From NCBI GenBank assembly GCA_030167865.1, contig JALAGF010006122.1:1-37152 (forward strand): DNA of 37,152 nt, written 5' to 3'. The stretch comes from Craspedostauros australis (Eukaryota). Numbering within the stretch: the first letter of the stretch is position 1; each line of letters opens with the position of its first letter. Position numbers and translations under genes: made by a program. The notes beneath the pieces were generated by a model. The model saw nothing but the letters and a program-made list of their open reading frames with translations, did no database searches and was not told where the DNA came from. Of this stretch, positions 10,101 to 21,015 are shown in pieces.

Positions 10101-12472
10101 AGCCAGCTAGAGAGAGAGAGAAATATGATATGATTCTGTCCGTATCCACCTTCATTTCTGTCAAACGAGCACGAGTGCCAGTACTTACCTATTACATTGC
10201 ATTGCATTGCATTACATTCTAGTATATGTATGGCAGCAACGTCAACCATGGGTCATGTCTTGTAAACGATGATCCAGCATGCACGCGGCATTCCCCGCCC
10301 CGTCCTCTTTCGTTGCTAATCGTTACCATTGAACACAATGACTCTACTCGTATGACACCATGATCGAGAGTAAGCTCCTCTGCTCTGCTAGAATGTGCAA
10401 CAGAATAATATTGCATTACACAATATTATATTATATCATATACTATCTTGAAATACTTCAGCTGCTTTGCAATCCTCGGCCTTCGACAGAAGCGTCTGAT
10501 CTAGAGATGGACCCGCGATGACGAAGGTGTGGACTGCCGAAGTTGGGTTGACGCACGAGCAAATCTCAAGACAGAATGTTCTTGTTTGTTGCGAACGGCA
10601 AATAGCTGACACCACTTCGCACTGTTGCATGTCGCACATACTACTCTCTGGAGAGAGGGGAGAGAGAAGTACGAGTAGTTCGTGTAAATACCATACTATG
10701 CGTAGGAGCAGAAGAACTTTTGCTACTTCCATCTCCTGCCCAAATTACCCCTATTACCATGCATACTCGTGAAGCAGGAAACATCCCAGGCAGGGTCCAA
10801 ACAAATCTGCGTGCGGCTGAACCCTACAAGCGCCAACACGACAACGCGTAGCAGGACAACCACAATTCGCGTTAAATGCAGACAGAGGGAGAGACCAACC
10901 AGCGATTCCACCGTGAACATTAACGGCACCACACCAAGCCACTGCACAAAACACTCAAACACACACCACCTTCGCACGCACGCATGTACACACCCACACA
11001 TGAACACACGAAAGATCAGCCAGCAGCTACCTTGTTTCAAAAAGGAAGTGGTTGGCACCATACTGGGCGGCATTGGTGTGCCGATCACCACACATCACAC
11101 ACCACGCACCACGCAACAAGAGCAGATTGCCTCTGCCTTTGGCAGCAATTGGTTGCGATTACTGGATTCCTTGGGCCATTTCTCTCACTCGCACGCTTTC
11201 ACTCCCACGCTCTCACACCAAAGTTCTCGAAGCGCGCCGAACAAGAACTACTGACAAACATCAACGCCAAGACCAGCGCGCACAGTGTTGCGAAACGAAC
11301 CACATCGCGCGCAGAAGCAACACGAAGTTGCCATACACACAAAACACCAGCAACAATTACAACAAATCAACAAGAGTGAAATCAATCAGCACAAGCAAGT
11401 GCTCTAGATCTGGCAAGCCAGGAGCGCCGCGACAATCCCTCGTATCCCAGTTGGTACTGTGCCATTCATGCATCTAGGATTGTAGAAGTATTGCACGACT
11501 ATCGATGGCAAGGGCAGCATTCTATACGACGACTGTACGAGTATTGACGGACGATCGCTCTCTTCCATTGCAGACCAGCCACGCGGAATCAGGCAAATCA
11601 ACCAGCCCGCGACAGCAACAGGCGATCGAGCACGACGGCGACTAAGCTGGAAGCTCGTCCATCGCCGGTTGCCGCTCTCGTGTTCTCTTCGCATCTGCAT
11701 TTGAACCTGAAGCGGAAAATAGCTGATTTATCGCCATCCTTCCTGCCCGAGCCATTCCGGCACAGCTTCATCACACGGGCCTCACAGTCTCCGATCGGTG
11801 TTCCGCCATTACAAATACGAGTAAGGGTCGGTGGCGTCTTGGCTGGTCGCGGCTGCACGTGGTTGTACACGGTGCATGTTGAATGCCCACAAACAAGATC
11901 AGCTTCATCTTCGACCATTTTCGAGTCCCAGTTCACTCACCACCAACCTCCATGATCTGCGGGTGGTTGGCTGACCAACGAACGAGCGCTGAAGATAAGC
12001 TTGGCCTCCGTGGTTCATCGCCCCAGCGTTGGGGCAGATACTCATCTTACTCGTACCCTCGATCGGAGCAAGGGCGATCTCTGCGGTTGCAGCGTCCGAG
12101 GCTTGCGGATATCGAGGTCTTCCACGAGTAGAGGAGCATCTGATTCTCTCCATCACCATCGTGACTTTCGGCCCTGCTGCGGGCACTGAGGCTGCTGTCT
12201 GCACGATCGCATCGTGTTGTACTAGCAGAGTATAGCACCACGATACGAGTATAGTGGTGTAAAGCTTCGACCAGGTATCCTTCAAATAGTACATGCACAC
12301 GAAAGAGAAAAGGCAGAGCAGGGACATTGGGGGTACCACGTCATTGCGGTTCATATTGAATCAAACTGGCACAATAGGGGGTGCAGTCAGGTGCAGCGAA
12401 GCGCGACGCAGTGTGCTGCAAAACGCCAACAGTACACCTCGCTGCGATACACACTTTCGGTGATCCATTGGG

Positions 12473-15045
12473 ATGGATCAGGGTCGGGGCTTCGCTGCAA
12501 GAAGGTCGGACGAAGAGCAGGGGGTACGCCATGGCGGCGCTGGTGTGACTGGAGACGGTGGTGGCGGCCCCAGTGATGGACGGGGCGAGGTAAGCAACAC
12601 TGTCAGCTTCGTATCATGCTCATAGCATGCCTGTGAAGTCTATTCTGCCGTGGATTATCGTTTGGTGCACTATCACTGCCGTTCCTGGCCCTGCCTGCTT
12701 GCCTGTCGGTGAAGCCATGAATCGCGATCCACATCAGGGTTCACCCGTGTGCATACCGCGTCAATTCAATACCGCATGATTGCTGTTGGTCTGTCGCTAT
12801 CATCGGCGCTATCACCGTCATCCGTGCAGTGGCATTCTCATGGTCGTACTTGATACCCACGAGTAGGTGCTCGTAGTACATCATGCTTTTGTGCGCTCAC
12901 GATCCTCTGCTATTCTTCCTTGATCGCGCTCGCATGCATGTGCGTTGACCCTCCCCTTGCCTTCCTTGTGTATCTACGGATTCTGGACATGACCCGGCAT
13001 CTACAACATGTGCTGTTTTTTCCTTGCGCCGTGCGAAGAGACCTGCGAGGGCTGCTGTCCGCCGCCAACAGTTGAATACGCGCGAGATACGGCCACTTGA
13101 TATCCTGCTTGGCAAGGGGAAACCCTACCAGGATCATCCAGGCAACCTCCGAATGCACCGAATCATCAACCAGTATCGTGACGAGTACAGCAACGCCTCT
13201 CGGGCCGACAAGCCCGTCCTTGCGAAGCTTGTGATTTCAACAATTTTGGGCGAAGGCGGTGCCCGCTTTCTGCGTCGGGTAGACGTGGAGGGTGCATTTG
13301 ATCTATGGGAGGTGGTGTCTGATGAGGTGGCTCGCGATAAGATCAGCCATGCATTTCGCAATCGCCCAAGGAAGGATGTAGACCTGCACCCCCGGCTGTC
13401 CGCATTGCAGTCATTGCAGGTGCTGCAAACGTCACGATCATACCAGCCATTGCAAAATGAACAGTTACAAATGCCAGCGCAGGCGCAAACGCATTCACAG
13501 CCTGCGGGTGGAGCGCTGAATGCACTGCAATCGTTGCAGATGCCACAAACACCTCAATCATCTCATCTGCACGCCAGCGGTACGCAGATGACTGCGGATC
13601 CACTCACCATTGGTAGAGAGGGGACGCAGAGCATGTCAACGGCGTCACTCGCATCAATTACTGAAGTTCTCCGACAACGAAATTCTCCTGGAGATGAACG
13701 CAGCGTTCTTTCTTCATCCGTTCCTGTTGTAGCATCACAAGGACAGTCCCAGTCCCAAGCAGCAGCGCAAACACCGACCACCTTGCCAGCATCGATTGCT
13801 GCGGCTCTGATAGCTGCAACAAGCGCATCGTCGATGCGACTGGCAAGGGAATCTTTGGGCGGAGGAGGCGATGCCTTGAGCACAATCACTGGCGATGTCG
13901 TAAGGAGACCAAACCGAAATATGGACCATCCAAGTAATCCTCGACTTCCTCCGTCAACAACAAATACGATGACGGCGACGACGACGACGACGATGACACT
14001 GGAGGATATCAGGGAACGAGTCAGGGAGGCACAACTGAACGTATTGCGCGCGCAACCCCGCCCAGTCACTGCCCTTCAAGAGCCTCCAGGAACTTTGCTG
14101 GCAATGCCAAGCACACGAATGCTGCCCAACGCGCGATCCCCCTCGCTGGCATCGTCTCTTCCCTTATCAGCCCAATTGGCTTCGCTTCTGGCCCCAACCG
14201 CGGTTGCATCATCTGCGGCATCCCCGGGCCTCCATCAAGCATCGATGGTCACGGCCAACGCTCTTGGTTCTTCGTCGGTGCTCATTGATTCAATTCTGAG
14301 ATCCACGTCATCTGCTCCTCCACTGCCACCGGTAGCATCATCTGCGGATCAGCATACGCTTGCACTGGCCCAGTTGCGTGGGGATGCTTCGACTGCTGAT
14401 AACGAAACTAGATTGGTTGAAGAGTTGCTGTCGCGTCACTCAGGCCTCTCCCCAGCGCAGAGCGCCCATCATGGTCTTGCTCGACACCAACAGCAGGACC
14501 AAGACCAACAACGCGTAACTAATAGTGCGAGTGCGAGTACGCCTGACCAAGAAGGCATAAATCGCCAGCTTTTATCTGACCTCATCGCATCGCAATTGAT
14601 GGAATGGCAGAAACAGCAGCTACAACAACAACAACAGCAGCAGCAGCATGAACAATTGAGGCGGCGGCAGCACGAGGAACGCCAAGCCCAGGAACGGAAC
14701 CAAACCCTCTTGCTCGAGCTCGCCCGTTCAGAGCAACAGCATTTGGCCCGTCAAGTTCAGCACGCGCGGCAACAAAGTCTGCAGAGTCAGGTACAAAGTT
14801 TGCCTGGGGCTGCTTTGGCTATGCTTCTGTCCATGACAACGCCGACATTGTCCTCCACGTTGCCGAATACCCAAGCGGGACCAATTCCCACGGCTGCGGC
14901 AGCAGCAGCGCTGCCTCCTCCTCCTCCTCAAGAACTCGCCTCCAACACAAATACAGATGATGCTGCGGCAGCGAGTCGAAGCGACGGGGTAAACGAACCA
15001 AGTCAGGCCAAGAGCAAAGCGAAACCGAAGAAAGGTCCCGGTTGA
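12473..15045 (+). CDS. DUF6824-domain protein with a long Ser/Ala/Gln-rich tail; probable exon 1 12473-12589, exon 2 from 13072 (or 13039) to 15045
   Basis: DILLGKGKPYQDHPGNLRMHRIINQYRDEY...K...GARFLRR...WEVVSDEVARDKISHAFRN matches the diatom-expanded DUF6824 signature. The ORF has no ATG before this domain. An ATG at 12473 opens 39 codons ending GAG|GTAAGC, and in-phase acceptors lie at AAG|13039 and CAG|13072. Poly-Gln near 14610-14650. Confidence 0.85.
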
Positions 15046-15275
15046 TGGCCGTTCTGTGCCAATTCAAAGACCAAGCACTGGTGATCCGCCTCTCTGCGAG
15101 TAGAATGGCACAGGGACAAGTCAGCGTCCACAAACCACCGCGTTGCTACAACGGGTATCGCCGTTCATTCCGCGTGGAACAAGCGAACTGCGTGCCACCG
15201 CAGCATGAAGGTGATGCGCCCACTACTATCCACCATGCTTGCAATCACGAGATGCATTGAGACCAGCACCCACTG

Positions 15276-15345
15276 GTATGAAATGGTGTGGTGTGGTGTG
15301 GTGTGGCATGGCAAGGTATAACATGGTATGGTACGGTATGGTATG
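15276..15345. repeat. Degenerate pentamer tract (GTGTG/GTATG/GCATG)n
   Basis: Visible 5-bp periodicity. Confidence 0.85.
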
Positions 15346-16551
15346 TTAATATCTCACACATTCATGTTTCGGGCGTCTGTGGAAGAATGCCCGAAGTACG
15401 CATACTTGCACCAAGGACCGAGGGCGGCACCCTCCAAAATGAGAATTTGATCAGGGTGGCCCTGAGCTCCGATTAGTCCAGCCCAAGGTGGGAAGATTGA
15501 TCTGGCCGCTCCAAAAAACACAACTTCGTGTCGTGGTAAGAAATGGGAACGATTTGGAAGCAAGATACCATGCCGCCACAGCGGCCACAGAGATTCGACG
15601 CCAAGCAACGCAAAACACATTCGCGATTGTGGGTGTGGATGTGTGTCCCAAAGTGACCTTGCCCCACGAATTGGGACTGAGGCATCTTCAGGGCAATGAC
15701 GCCGATGTTGCTCGGAATGTGGCCGAGGACATCCCAACCACGACGGAACAGGAGGAGCAACAGGCCATGGTGCTCCTGACATCACACGGGGTAGGAAGGC
15801 AAAAACAAGCACTTGAGTACTGTGGAGCAAGTTCACGGGATTGTCAACAACCCCCGATGGCGGAAGAAAGTAGAAAGTGGAACAGTTCGCTTGATGAGCA
15901 AGAGACGCTCGGACGATACCGCGGTCTGCTACTCTTCGCAATACGAGGATGGTGCGGCTCCTATCAAAACCGCTCATTATCCTACCATGCGATGGTGCAG
16001 AGGAATCAACAGGGAGGTGCAGGTCTATCCAAAAGCGCTCATTCTCTGCAGTACGATTGCGCAAACGAGTCACGACTGTTTTTGTCAGTAGATGTTGTAG
16101 CATGCCGAAAGAATGAAGAATTCCAGTCGTGCCACGACCCTCGTGCTTTTTAGTCCTGCAAGTTTGCACGTGATCAGACTCGTGCACAAAAGATGACACC
16201 AAGGTCACAGAGCTCGTATTTCGTCCATTGTCCGCGATCGGCTCGTTTCAAGAACAGTTTTCAATCCACGTCTGGAAGTTCGAGTCAGCTGAAACGCAAT
16301 CATCATCAACGCACTCGTCGCGCTTGCAACGGATGATGTCGATGGTGAAGCATACGACTACGGGCACGAGTATGATGATAATGTTGTTGTTGTTGTTGAG
16401 GAGGAGGAGGAGGAAGAAGAGGGAAGGCAACAGAGTACCTGTGCTCGACGAAGTCATACTCTGACCATCCAGTGTGTGCGAGCATCAGTTGATCCTCTGC
16501 CACTGGAAGCGCAGCTCCATTCGGCTATAATTCAGTACGCACCCACTGGCC

Positions 16552-17508
16552 ATGGCAATCGATGACAGCGACGCCATTCTGCCCATCCAGGCTCTCGCGG
16601 AGCTGCTGCGGTCGGAAGGCCACTGCGAATCCTTGGAAGAGGCCAACGGAATAGCAGAGATCATTGCAGAGGATGGTCCGCAATCCACGGACCCAGTGCT
16701 CACGTGGTTGGAAGCCAACACATTTCCAGAGCAGGAGGTTGTGCAGGCGTTGCAGGATTGTCTCGATCTGTCGTTGCCGCAGTGCGAGCGGTTCGTCATC
16801 AGGCTGAAGGCGGTCATGGGAGTGCCAGAGAATGATGACGATGATGCAGATGAAGATGAATCTGATGGCACTGGTGATCATGATGATATTGGCGAAGATA
16901 ACGACGACGAGAACTACGGCGATGATATGGGCGACGATGATGGAGAGCTGCTGGACGACGGAGAATGCGAAATGTGCGAAAGGTATATCCGATTGACGCG
17001 GCATCACCTGATCCCGCGACAGACCTGGCCCCGCGTCATGCCGCGATTGCTGCGTGCGGCCGAGGTTTTGGAAGGATGCCGATGCAGGGAGGATGGCGAA
17101 GACGTGCCCGCGAGGGAGCAGCAGCAATGGCAGCGCGCGGAAGAGGAGATCTTGGGAGACGGTCTGGCACATTGGGCACGGATTCTGGTGCAGCAGCAGC
17201 AACATGGCCAGGAATCTCCCGGGCGGCGCAAACGGCGGCAGCGCGGACGGTCCAACAATGACAATGCTGCAGACGAGGATGTGGGGAATGGCGTCGTATC
17301 CATCAAGAAATCGTTGCTGAGGACCATGCTGCAGCATCACACCATCGATATCTGCCGACCTTGCCATTCGCAGATCCATCGCACGCACGACAACATGACG
17401 CTGGCGATGGAGTACAGCACGATGGAGGCCTTGCTCAGCGACGACAGCATACGGAAGTTTTGCAAATGGGCCAACAAGCAAAAGGTGGGCAAGTACGGTG
17501 TGAAGTAA
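16552..17508 (+). CDS. YisB-like HNH-type Zn-binding protein (318 aa; true 5' end uncertain)
   Basis: CEMCER..LTRHHLIP (16966-17016), then ICRPCHSQIH..HDN..LA.EY.T.EALL.D..I.KF.KWA.KQ, the YisB/HNH-like pattern. An acidic linker precedes the first CxxC. Confidence 0.8.
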   Translation: MAIDDSDAILPIQALAELLRSEGHCESLEEANGIAEIIAEDGPQSTDPVLTWLEANTFPEQEVVQALQDCLDLSLPQCERFVIRLKAVMGVPENDDDDADEDESDGTGDHDDIGEDNDDENYGDDMGDDDGELLDDGECEMCERYIRLTRHHLIPRQTWPRVMPRLLRAAEVLEGCRCREDGEDVPAREQQQWQRAEEEILGDGLAHWARILVQQQQHGQESPGRRKRRQRGRSNNDNAADEDVGNGVVSIKKSLLRTMLQHHTIDICRPCHSQIHRTHDNMTLAMEYSTMEALLSDDSIRKFCKWANKQKVGKYGVK

Positions 17509-18066
17509 ATTAAAGTAAATTAATGTAGAGCAGAGTCGAGTATGTCATGCAATGCGTGGGAGTGCCTCAATGGCATGCGCGTCAACACTGCGATTAGCTG
17601 CTCGTACTCTCGATGCGTGCCGAGTTGAGTATTTGTACTCAGGAGCCTCGGTGGAGCAGAGCAGGTTTGCTATGTACATAGCATCATGACACCGACGCGC
17701 CCAATCCTGGTGAATCCTCGCACAGAGCAAGTGCGCGATAGATGTCGTTATAATGTTGCTGACCATTAGTTGAATGCTTCCTGGAAGTAGAGCACTCTTC
17801 TATTGTGATGGTGGTTGTTGATTCGTCGATCGGGCACCAGTGTGTAAAACCCAAAAGTGTTGCTTGTGCGCGCATCTCATTGTTCCTGTTGGCATTGCCC
17901 GAGGTGGTGAGTCGATCTGTTGGAACGGAGCAGCGTACAGCATATCGGTGTGATGTTGTACCATGCACATAGCCCTTCCTCGTCATGCATTCGTCTCCAT
18001 GTCTGTGACATCAATTACTTTTTTCGAATTTCGCTCCATTCGGTCTATCCGTTCATCGCATACGCA

Positions 18067-20410
18067 TTACATGTCGAATGGATTCGACGACCGCCTCTGG
18101 TAGGTGGGTGGCAGGGGTGGTTGCCCTGGCGATGGGTTGCCGCCGTAGAATTGGTTGGGACCGCCGACGTTGTTGTTGGCGGGGGCGGGGTTATACATGC
18201 CGTTGAGGCTGCCCATGCTGCCACCCAGAGTGCTCATGCCACCGGCCGGGGCGGGCGATGGCGGTGCGCCGAAGGGATTGGTGGAGGCCGGGGCGGGAGC
18301 GCCGTATCCGGATCCGAACGGATCAACCTGCTGCATGGGTGGTGGAGGTGGGGCACCCATGGGCGGTGGTGCCAATCCTGAAGAGAATTCGGAGTGCAGG
18401 CTACCATCGAGGGAAGAATGCCGGCTTCGGTTTCCGGTGTGTGGCGGCGGCTGCGGTGACATGGTGTACTGGTTGTAGCCGGAAGAGGTGGGCGGTCCGG
18501 TCATGGGGACCATCATTCCTGCTCCCTGGATCTGGTCCATCGTGGGTGCCGGTGCGGAATGGTTCTGCATGGCCAGCATGTCCATTGCCGGCGCAGCCGC
18601 CTGCGGTGGAGGGTACATGTTCCCTGTGCTGCTGAAGCTGCCCATACTGGAGGAGCGGCTGAAGTTGGAGGTGTTGCGCTGCACGGGCATGGGAACGGGG
18701 TATCCACCAGGACCGCCTGGAGCCTCCGGCGATGACATGGATCCAGCGCTGGCAGGCGAGAAGGGGTCTCCCAGACCGGCGTTGTCGAGTGACATGCCGC
18801 CCATGGCCGGTTCGATGGCTAGGGCACCCGGCTTCGGGACGCCTTCAGGACGCGTGCTGAGGTGCGCCGGGTCCATGGCTTGCAGGTCGGAGAGACGCGC
18901 CTGGGGCTTGATGCCCTCCGCGGCGGCCAAGTTCTTGAGCTTGGCGACGACGGCGGTGAGCTGCTGCATGGTGCGGTTGGAATCGTCCGCCGTGGTCATA
19001 TCAAACTGCGTGAGCTTGATGATGACGGGGTGCAGATCCCTCCAGCTGCGGTTGACAATTTCGTCGATGAGGATGCAGAGCTCCGTGGTGACCTTCTGGT
19101 GACTCTGCCTGGCCTGGATCCACTTTTCCTCATTTCTGGTGAGCTTGTCCGCGGATTTTGGATCGACCTGCTTGCCCTTGGACATGGCGGTGTTGGCGGC
19201 TTGACGCAGTCCCTCCACCTTCTTGTGGTAGTGATCTGTCTCCACGCGGACCTGTTCCCATTTCTTGAGGCCGTTTGACACACGGGTGGTGATGACCTTC
19301 TCCCATTCGATGACGTAGTCGATGACGTGCTGCTTGTACTTGCTTGCGTAAAGCGCTCCCTTGCGTTCGGCGCTGGCATGGATGGCCATGTAGGACTGTC
19401 CATCCCCCTGGGCGGCTCCTGCGTAGGGATCTGGCTGCGGCGGGGGCTGACCCTGGTTGTTGGAATCTTTGTCCTTGGGGTCCGCGACAGGCGCCGGAAC
19501 TCCGACCAGCTGCGCAAGCGGACTCTGCTGGGCCATTTCCGCAAGGTGGTTGGCGACCTGTTGTTGTTTTGACATGGTTTGCATTCGATTCCATCCGAAT
19601 TCAATGGAGTATGGTCGAGTTGAGTATAATGTATCATATTGCATTTCATTGTATCATATTGAATGGTATTGTATCGTGTTGCATTGCATTGCATGGTATT
19701 GTATCGTTTTGTCGCATGACGTTGTGTATTCCAATACCAACGCCGCAATGATGAGGATTGATGTTGTCGCCACAATCATCATGAATATTGACATGAACAA
19801 TGCCACCGTCGGTGCAATCCATTTGGTTGTGGCGGAAGGTCGACATCGAGTTGAATTGAAGTACGTTGTGTTGGGTTGTATTGCATTGTATTGCATTTCG
19901 TTTCCGGTGATCGCATTCAAAGAACAAGAAAAGGGTAGAGCAGAATGTATTAGTATGCAAAGATGCGATGGTACCCATTAGGAGATGAACAAGTACGAAT
20001 AAGCATGAACAAACCAGAAAAATGAGAGAGAGAGAGATGGAGCCGTGGAGATTCTTCATATGAGAATAGATGCGATGTGGTAGATGCAATGTGCAAAGAA
20101 GACACTTGTGCAGACAAGGAACCATTCCAGAACGGGTGTGAAGTGCGGAATGAAATGAATAGAACTGGATTGAATATAATTGAAAGGATATGAACGCAAC
20201 GAAGACACATGAACTCACCGCCAATCGTCGCCGAAGGACTTCATCCTGAATGTCGTTGTGCGCCTTGAGGAAGGCAATGAGCTTCTTGAGCTTCTTGACG
20301 AATACGTTGTACCGTTCCGTCAGCGACTTGAGATCCTCGCTCTGATAATGCGACTTGGCCTTTCCTCCAACGGCATCCTTCAGCCTCACGCCCACTCTTG
20401 TCTTTGCCAT
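18067..20410 (-). CDS. BAR-domain-like protein with a Pro/Gly/Met-rich tail carrying DPF/NPF motifs; exons 20410-20219 and 19557-18067, ~560 aa
   Basis: Exon 1 (MAKTRVG...VLRRRLA, 64 codons) ends GCG|GTGAGT; acceptor CAG|GTC at 19557 is in frame. Helical segments YNVFVKKLKKLIAFLKAH, HVIDYVIEWEKVI, RVETDHYHKKVEGL and KLTRNEEKW resemble amphiphysin/Rvs-type BAR domains. The tail has DPF x2 and NPF x2. Confidence 0.8.
19558..20218 (-). other. Spliceosomal intron (661 bp) rich in degenerate pentamer repeats
   Basis: GTGAGT donor and CAG acceptor, phase 0. (CATTG/TATTG/TATCG)-type tracts at ~19635-19735 and ~19865-19900. Confidence 0.8.
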
Positions 20411-20700
20411 GTTTGTCTCTTGTCTCTTGTCTGTGCCTCTGTCTTTGTCTTTGTCTTTGTCTTGTCTTTGTCTTGTCTGGCGCTGTGTTGTTCTGCCTCT
20501 GCCTCTGCCTCTGTCTTTGTCTTTGTGTTGTTCTGCTCAAGAGTGGATGGAGCGGGACTTCTTATTGCCCGCTGCTTGATCTGTGTTCAACGACGATGGC
20601 TTGAGTGGGGACGATCGCCACGATGATGACCACGATGATGACCACGATGACGAGAACGGCGATGATAATAGCGATGACGATGACAATGACGATCCGATGC
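20411..20700. repeat. Hexamer (GTCTTT/GCCTCT)n and (GATGAC)n-type microsatellites upstream of the BAR gene
   Basis: Visible directly at ~20440-20525 and ~20620-20695. Confidence 0.85.
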
Positions 20701-21005
20701 CTGTTGTGACTTGGAATGCTCGCCTTTTGTCTCTTCGCTACTTCTGGATCTGTTCGTTTGTTTCCATTTTCTCTCCTTTCGCGTTGCGTTTGTTCTTGTT
20801 GCGCACCCTTGCCTTGGATCCGCGCTGCGCATTGACGTGTGTGTGTGACTGCAAAGTGCGTGTTGTGCGTTGCGGTGCGCCTCTTCTTCTCTGTGTCAAT
20901 GCGGCATATTGCATTGAGCGTTAACATGACCGTTAAATCCGCATCGCGACTTCGTTTTGGTCGGTCCATGCAGTCGAAGTCTTGTGAACGCAGAGTAGTC
21001 CCTTC

Positions 21006-21015
21006 ATGACGTCAT
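21006..21015. promoter_or_regulatory. Palindromic CRE-like element ATGACGTCAT in a divergent intergenic region
   Basis: Perfect 10-bp palindrome containing TGACGTCA between the divergent BAR and mS35 genes. TGACGT cores are known bZIP/aureochrome and CO2/cAMP-responsive elements in diatoms. Function here is inferred only. Confidence 0.3.

Noticed and set aside
15043..15260. TGATG stop-start overlap after the DUF6824 gene (termination-reinitiation)
   Set aside because: The downstream 71-codon ORF has no protein-like features, and the overlap is easily chance.
15354..16208. Overlapping ORFs 15488..16153 (+) and 15354..16208 (-)
   Set aside because: No motifs, non-ATG starts and no clear codon bias.
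19558..20218. ORF-track extensions MQYDTLYSTRP... and ...NAIQCNTTQHN... as coding
   Set aside because: They lie in the BAR-gene intron and are translations of pentamer repeats.
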